From a bacterium (GTDB taxonomy: Bacteria > Zhuqueibacterota > Zhuqueibacteria > Residuimicrobiales > Krinioviventaceae): a stretch of DNA of 64,000 nt. Both the position numbers and the translations under genes were made by a program. Shown piece after piece: positions 58,219 to 64,000 of this stretch; the first letter of the stretch is position 1, and every line of letters starts with the position of its first letter. The stretch lies in NCBI GenBank assembly GCA_963693055.1, contig OY843751.1:5472001-5536000 (forward strand). The letters run 5' to 3'. The notes below the pieces were generated by a model. It was given only the letters and a program-made list of their open reading frames with translations. It did not search any database and had not been told where the DNA came from.

Positions 58219-61200
58219 CGTATCAACAGCACCTTTTGAGTTAATACATTATCTCTTGTTTGAATTTGAATAAAATATACTCCGGACGGAACAGGATTGG
58301 AAAATTTATTCATCCCATCCCATGAAAATTCTTGTATTCCTGTTTCCAGGGAATTGTATTCATGAACAAGTACTGCCTGACCCAGAATATTATAGATCCT
58401 CACATCTGCTTTACCCGCACCGTTCAATAAATAACGTATCTTTACACGGCTATTGAAAGGATTGGGATAAGATGCAATCTTGGCCTTTAAAACATACTCT
58501 TCAGTAGCAGGCATATCCGACGTTCCAAATGTAAATGACCTGTCCGTTTCAATGGATGCATAGTACATCCCTTCACCATCGGTACTGGTATTTACAGATA
58601 ATAGCTCACCGTTTTCTACATAATAAAAAGAATAATAATTGCTTCCGCTATTTACAGATGGTTTTGCCCGGGTCCAAACATTTTTACCAGGGCCATTATA
58701 TGACAAAGTATAAACTTTGTTTTCATTATTGGTTTCTTTGAGGATGTATACATCCCGTTCATTTGTAGTCTCGGGGATATCTACCAACAACTGCCGGTCA
58801 GAACTGGTCAGCGTTTTGCCCAAGCCTTTACCCAGAATCGTAGTTAACCACAAACTGTCCTTAACAGTCAATCCGCTTGCATAACCAAATTCAAGATTTA
58901 GCTTGTACAAGCCCGAACTTGACAGAATATAGGGAGATGTCCAAATCTTTTGTGTTTCTGTTGAATCAATCATTTTAAAATTCAACGCCAAAGAATCTCC
59001 GTCAAATTTAAAAGAATAACCCATATCCGAAACATTTGCATCTGCATTGATTACAAAATTAACCTTGTTCGACACAATAGAGTTAAAGAAACAAGAAACG
59101 TTCGTCTTTCGGGAGACCGTAACATTAATCAGGTTTGAGATTGAACTGGTATCCTGATTCGTTGCCTTAAAGATCACAGGAGATGTACCACTAAAGCCAT
59201 CTACACCCGAAATGGTTACCTGTGTTGTATTGCTATTGATATTTACATTCAAGTCACGATTATCATATTCGGCGGAAAATGTGATTTCATTCCCACCGGC
59301 AATACAAAAGCGATTTAAATATAGTGATGAATATATTTGTCCACTGCTAATCTCAATAGGTGGAATGGTTCTCCAAACGGGTTCTCCGCGTTTGGCAATT
59401 GTAACAATAACCGTATCAGATGTTGAATATCCGGCGAGGTTGGTCGCTGTAAAGATGACCATCTGATCACCAATTTTATCAAAAGTGGATATTTTAACAA
59501 GATTCTCTTCTGTTTTCACAATATCTAAATAGAGATGATTATAATCAATACGCCAGATAATCGACGAGTCCGGTGTTGAAAAATCCCAAACATAATCATC
59601 AAGATCCACATATTCCTGAGGTATCAGCATTTTCCAATAGTAATACGCATCCGGCAATGGCGTCATGAAAACAGGATTAGGATTGTACTCGATACAGTTT
59701 ACGTACAACTTTTGAGTTGCTATATCTCCATCTGGATTTTGCGCAACAATGTTCAAACTGTCAAGACCCAAAAACACAGTATCTGCCGAAATGGTAACCT
59801 TGTGTGTTAATGAATCAATTCTTACTCCTTTTAAAGAGTCACCGCCTGAATACCCAAAAGACAGTTCATCAATAGAATACAGAGGATCAACAACATAATC
59901 GTTTAAATCCAAAACATCCAAATCCATACCCTGCATAATGGTCACTTGCGGGAACGGAAAGATGGAAATTTGATTTTCAGACAAAACTTTTAACAACGTT
60001 TTACCGGAATCCCTGTTTTCATTACCGGCAGAAACCGTGACATAGAGTTCGTCAATTGCCAAATGTCCGTCAATAGCTGAAATGGTTAATACTTGTTGAT
60101 CTGAATTGTAGGATAATATTACATTTGTATCTTCCTGTAATGTTTTTGAATCCAACACTTCAAAAGACCAAATCAATTCAGATTTTATATTACTGGGATA
60201 ATCAACATAATTATTTAGGAAAATATCTTTTGATTGTCCCGAAATCACTATGATAGTAGGAATAGGTAACAACTTGACCGGAGTTGGCTGAATATTCACC
60301 GTTACGGTAGAAGAATCCATAGCCATTTCATCGTCCATTACGGTAATTTTGATATCAACATTGCCTGAGAATTGAGAATTCAAGGCTTCAAGCCTTAATA
60401 CATTGTCATTAACAAATTCCGCTACCAGGTAATCGGTATTCATAGATTCCACTGACCAGGTAAATTCCGTATCATCCACATCATTAACATAAACACCATT
60501 CTGCATCGTAATTTGTTTCACTACACCATAGAAAACAGGTATGGGATCCAATTCTGAAAAATCCAATTCCGGAGGATCATTTATGGGTAATACATTAATG
60601 TTAATAGTTGCTCTTGTTGTATCATTCACCAGCCTTTGGACCGGATCCTGAACGACCAGTTCAGCGGTTGAATTGCCAGACCAATTCGGTGCGGCAGCAA
60701 ACCGTATCGAATCACCCGCCTCTTCAATAACAAGGTTGCTTGAACCGGGCGTTACTTCTATATCAGCATAATCATCATCCAGGTCTGTAAAGAAATAAGA
60801 CTTGGAGAGCATTATCACTTCATCTTCATTAAACGTTACCGTTGGTATAGAACTGTGGAATTCAGGGACATGATCAACTCCAACAGTAAATTCCTGGCTG
60901 TCTACATAATTGGTGTTTTTTTGCACACCTCGCACGTTCAGCTTGAGAACACCTTTGGTCGTTGGGGTTGTCGTTACCGTAACTAGCGTGTCATCAAGCG
61001 TGGGTACCGCTCCGCTCAGGGCTTCCTGTTCCGTCATGCTCCAGCTTATTTCAAAGTTGTCTGAATTACTGGTTACATGATTATTCAGATTCAACTCATA
61101 GTTTGTACCCGGTGCTATCAAAGTATCCGGAAATTCAGGATAAATTCTAAAACCGGCAATAAACATACTATAGTTCATAAACTTGCCAAAACGCTGCTCA

Positions 61201-61772
61201 TTGCTGGGCTCATCAAGTTTGTAATATGTTGTAAGGCGGTTGTCGTCATTTTTAAAGTCAAAGGTTATAGCGGTTGAATCATTCGCGTTATCTGGCATAC
61301 CCACAACTCGCAATTTAAATGATGCAACAATACCCGTTCCTTTAACACTGGGTCGAACACCATTCAAAATGGATCCGGTTGATTGATAATAATCCATTTG
61401 GAAATCATCAATTCCATTACCCCAGCCAGGCTGGTCTGACAAATGCAAACTGTCTTGGTGTGTACTGTTAATAACGGCATCACCGGTCATTTCTATAAAT
61501 CTACCCGGTGTAAAAGGTTTACCAAACGGAAGGTCACCAGGGAAAACAGGCTGTAAAAATTCAGGATCTATAGTAATATAAGACGTAACACCTGTAATTC
61601 TTTCCCCTTGGGTGTCAATCATAATGTTGAATTTGATCTCGTCACCGATATACACAAGACGCGATTGATTCATATCTGCTCGTTCAATCCAGATCTCTGC
61701 ATTACCGGCAAAAGCCAAAATCGGATAGGCAATAAATACCCACAAAAATAATACTAGTCTATTATTCTTCAT
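58215..61772 (-). CDS. Large secreted protein: cohesin-like N-terminus, tandem Ig/cadherin-like repeats, T9SS type A/FlgD-like C-terminal domain
   Basis: Signal peptide; repeats with DL.DYV.D; C-terminal YPNPFN...IYNILGQ...WDG......PSGVYF......KVLLIR. Confidence 0.75.
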   Translation of the reverse strand: MKNNRLVLFLWVFIAYPILAFAGNAEIWIERADMNQSRLVYIGDEIKFNIMIDTQGERITGVTSYITIDPEFLQPVFPGDLPFGKPFTPGRFIEMTGDAVINSTHQDSLHLSDQPGWGNGIDDFQMDYYQSTGSILNGVRPSVKGTGIVASFKLRVVGMPDNANDSTAITFDFKNDDNRLTTYYKLDEPSNEQRFGKFMNYSMFIAGFRIYPEFPDTLIAPGTNYELNLNNHVTSNSDNFEISWSMTEQEALSGAVPTLDDTLVTVTTTPTTKGVLKLNVRGVQKNTNYVDSQEFTVGVDHVPEFHSSIPTVTFNEDEVIMLSKSYFFTDLDDDYADIEVTPGSSNLVIEEAGDSIRFAAAPNWSGNSTAELVVQDPVQRLVNDTTRATININVLPINDPPELDFSELDPIPVFYGVVKQITMQNGVYVNDVDDTEFTWSVESMNTDYLVAEFVNDNVLRLEALNSQFSGNVDIKITVMDDEMAMDSSTVTVNIQPTPVKLLPIPTIIVISGQSKDIFLNNYVDYPSNIKSELIWSFEVLDSKTLQEDTNVILSYNSDQQVLTISAIDGHLAIDELYVTVSAGNENRDSGKTLLKVLSENQISIFPFPQVTIMQGMDLDVLDLNDYVVDPLYSIDELSFGYSGGDSLKGVRIDSLTHKVTISADTVFLGLDSLNIVAQNPDGDIATQKLYVNCIEYNPNPVFMTPLPDAYYYWKMLIPQEYVDLDDYVWDFSTPDSSIIWRIDYNHLYLDIVKTEENLVKISTFDKIGDQMVIFTATNLAGYSTSDTVIVTIAKRGEPVWRTIPPIEISSGQIYSSLYLNRFCIAGGNEITFSAEYDNRDLNVNINSNTTQVTISGVDGFSGTSPVIFKATNQDTSSISNLINVTVSRKTNVSCFFNSIVSNKVNFVINADANVSDMGYSFKFDGDSLALNFKMIDSTETQKIWTSPYILSSSGLYKLNLEFGYASGLTVKDSLWLTTILGKGLGKTLTSSDRQLLVDIPETTNERDVYILKETNNENKVYTLSYNGPGKNVWTRAKPSVNSGSNYYSFYYVENGELLSVNTSTDGEGMYYASIETDRSFTFGTSDMPATEEYVLKAKIASYPNPFNSRVKIRYLLNGAGKADVRIYNILGQAVLVHEYNSLETGIQEFSWDGMNKFSNPVPSGVYFIQIQTRDNVLTQKVLLIR

Positions 61773-61830
61773 GTTTCCCAAATATTTTTTAAACCAAAAA
61801 CCAAAAAATCTTTCTGCTCAGCCTTTTATA

Positions 61831-61847
61831 TGCAAAGGGCATGCCAG
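61831..61847 (-). promoter_or_regulatory. sigma54 (-24/-12) promoter of the 61772-55919 operon
   Basis: CTGGCATGCCCTTTGCA with exact GG-N10-GC spacing. Confidence 0.78.
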
Positions 61848-61980
61848 CCCAGCGCCCTACATTACGCACACAACTCTATATAAAACAACATATTAAAACA
61901 ACATAAAATTCTAACAACAAGAATCCATCCACTTTTCAAGTAAATTAGATCATTAAACCGGGTAGTTTTTACCCGGTAAC

Positions 61981-62014
61981 AAAAAGGCCCCGTGGGATAA
62001 ATCCCACAGGGCCT
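61981..62014 (-). terminator. Intrinsic terminator after the last gene
   Basis: Minus strand reads AGGCCCTGTGGGAT-TT-ATCCCACGGGGCC-TTTTT. Confidence 0.8.
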
Positions 62015-62040
62015 CGCCATGAAGAGAATGAACCAGAAAT

Positions 62041-64000
62041 CTATTTCAGTAACAGCATCTTTTGAGTGCCAATAACATTGTTGTCGACTTCAAGGCGATA
62101 AAAATACATACCAGAACTTACTTTGCGTCCGAAATTATCTTGAGCGTCCCACATAGCTTTGAAATTACCAGCAGCCATCTCTGTGGAAACCAGGGTACGA
62201 ACTTGTTGTCCCAGCATATTATAAACTGTAAGTGTAACATTGCCAGCTTTAGGCAGAGCGAACTCGATCGTAGTTGTTGGGTTGAACGGGTTCGGATAGT
62301 TTCTGCTCAGACTGAATTCAGTCGGCAATGCGTTTTCTTCATCTTCAACGTCGCTTGAAATAACCGGAGTATTTGCACGGCCATAAGCATCTACCAACTT
62401 GATATCTTGCAATTTCAATTCAGTTGGATTTTCAACTTTGGCTTTTACTGTAAAGGTTACCAATGTCGGGTTCATCTCTTTTGAAGCTACTCCCTGATAA
62501 CCGGAGCATACAAAGTCATGATTGTAACCAACAACTTTGGTAAAGAACAGTTTAGATTCAGTATTGTGCAATGCTTCTGTATATTCTACCAGTTCCCATG
62601 ATTGAGCATCAATAAAGACCTGTGCAGAATAAGCCTGCAATACCGGGAAATTTTTAGCAACAACTGCATAGGTAATGATATTTTTATCACGTTTTACCTC
62701 TACCAATTCAGCAAGTGTTTCTGCACTATTAGTAGAAGTAGCTTTTTTATAAAGAATACCTTCACCATTTCCTACTGGAGTATTGTTGGCAACAAAGCGA
62801 ACATCTTCAACATCAATGTAATCATCACCGTTAACATCACAATACATATTCCAGTTAGTATCCGCAGATGTTGAGTGGAAAGCACCTTCATATACAGTGT
62901 GGTCTGTAGCATTAACCTGATTGTCAGGCAGAGACTGGGTATCTGTGTCACCATCATCATCGTAACCAGCACAGTCACCACCAAGCAGTCTGTCATCATT
63001 ATAGAAATCAACAGTGGTTGTAGAATAAGCCTGTACTACTACTGCTGATTCTTTTTGATCCAACCAACCAGTTTTATGTACAAGAATATCATATTTACCA
63101 GTTGGAACAGAAGTTAACAAATAACGTCCGTTTGCATCCAGAGTAACTGATAAACCGTCTGATACATCACTGTCGCCATTAGCTGCAACAAAAGAAGCAT
63201 CCGTAATATTGTCATAAGAACCAGTAGGACAAATCCACATTACTACAGTCTGGCTAGAGTCACTACGGCCTTCAATATCAATTAAACCGGTGAGCTTGCC
63301 ACGAGGAGTCATGCTCAATGTAGAAGCTGCAGGAGGTACATTTGCAGTCAACTGGGTAAAATCAGCATCAAACATTCTGCTTGTGCGTTCGCCAGTTGTA
63401 TTAAAAGTAATTGCTGCGCTTTCCAGGGCTTCACTGACAGCATCAGTTTTTGCATAAATCTGGAAGGTTGCTATAACTTCATCGTTCAAATCGGTTTCGG
63501 TTGCAAGGTCAGAAGCATGACGAATCAAGTCCAATTCGTAATGATCTGTAGAATCAGCCGCAATATTTTTTGTAGTTGTTCCAGCAAAATTTGTAGTATT
63601 GGGAGTAAAACCTTCAACAACTGCTGTACCTGTATTCTGATCTACAATACCGTAGAATTCTGAAGGTACATTCAAATAGGTCTCCAACCACATTACATCG
63701 TTGCCACCACCTGGATTCGCATCAGATGCATAGACAGATATGGTAAGTGTATCACCTTTTTCCATTACAATCTGGGTGGGTTCCATTCTAAAGTTATAGG
63801 TACTGTTTTTATCTACAGCGCCAGAGAAAAAGAGTTTTCCGTCTGCCTTAACAATTCCATCGTCTGCTGCATCAATAGCATTCCAGTTTTCAGAACCAGC
63901 GCCTTCAGCACTACCTGTATCATACAAGTACCATACATCGTAATTACCGGAAGGATCAACAACTGTTCCGGCCATATCTTCTGTTATATCACTAACATCG
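62041..64000 (-). CDS. Secreted T9SS/FlgD-type CTD protein with cohesin-like, carboxypeptidase-regulatory-like and dockerin-like modules (5'-truncated)
   Basis: The frame is open to the window edge. It has EF-hand-like pairs GD...DNQVNATD and CDVNGDDYIDVED, and CTD LPTEFSLSRNYPNPFNPTT...SSGMYFYRL...KMLLLK. Confidence 0.78.
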   Translation of the reverse strand, partial: DVSDITEDMAGTVVDPSGNYDVWYLYDTGSAEGAGSENWNAIDAADDGIVKADGKLFFSGAVDKNSTYNFRMEPTQIVMEKGDTLTISVYASDANPGGGNDVMWLETYLNVPSEFYGIVDQNTGTAVVEGFTPNTTNFAGTTTKNIAADSTDHYELDLIRHASDLATETDLNDEVIATFQIYAKTDAVSEALESAAITFNTTGERTSRMFDADFTQLTANVPPAASTLSMTPRGKLTGLIDIEGRSDSSQTVVMWICPTGSYDNITDASFVAANGDSDVSDGLSVTLDANGRYLLTSVPTGKYDILVHKTGWLDQKESAVVVQAYSTTTVDFYNDDRLLGGDCAGYDDDGDTDTQSLPDNQVNATDHTVYEGAFHSTSADTNWNMYCDVNGDDYIDVEDVRFVANNTPVGNGEGILYKKATSTNSAETLAELVEVKRDKNIITYAVVAKNFPVLQAYSAQVFIDAQSWELVEYTEALHNTESKLFFTKVVGYNHDFVCSGYQGVASKEMNPTLVTFTVKAKVENPTELKLQDIKLVDAYGRANTPVISSDVEDEENALPTEFSLSRNYPNPFNPTTTIEFALPKAGNVTLTVYNMLGQQVRTLVSTEMAAGNFKAMWDAQDNFGRKVSSGMYFYRLEVDNNVIGTQKMLLLK

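Overview
AT-rich bacterial chromosomal window with no transposase, integrase, prophage, rRNA or CRISPR array visible. The gene content (T9SS/FlgD-type C-terminal sorting domains, PorV-like and DUF4835 proteins, GWxTD protein, Na+-NQR, System I cytochrome c maturation, SMC, chemoreceptor) suggests a deep FCB-group lineage such as KSB1, Calditrichota or relatives; this placement is inference. In order, it contains: an envelope locus (Omp85-like barrel, beta-strand protein, four-repeat secreted protein); an exported HMA protein; an orphan pgsB/capB; tRNA-Lys(UUU); a sigma54-preceded MCP; nqrABCDEF with two hemerythrins and a CBS protein inserted before apbE and an nqrM-like gene; a PTS IIA plus ClC pair; a dicarboxylate symporter; pepT with a hybrid kinase; HhH, PorV-like and DUF4835 genes; clpC; prfB (+1 frameshift)-alr-lysS-lolC/E-lolD; ccmF-X-Y-ccmABCD; an SDR plus flavoprotein; hflKC; glgC; a GWxTD protein; smc; yciH; and a terminal cluster of secreted cohesin/dockerin-like and Ig-repeat proteins with two lipoproteins. 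The best candidates for undescribed biology are the hemerythrin-containing NQR operon, the non-catalytic cohesin/dockerin-like surface cluster, and the Omp85/repeat-protein locus. All product calls come from motif recognition by eye; no searches were run.
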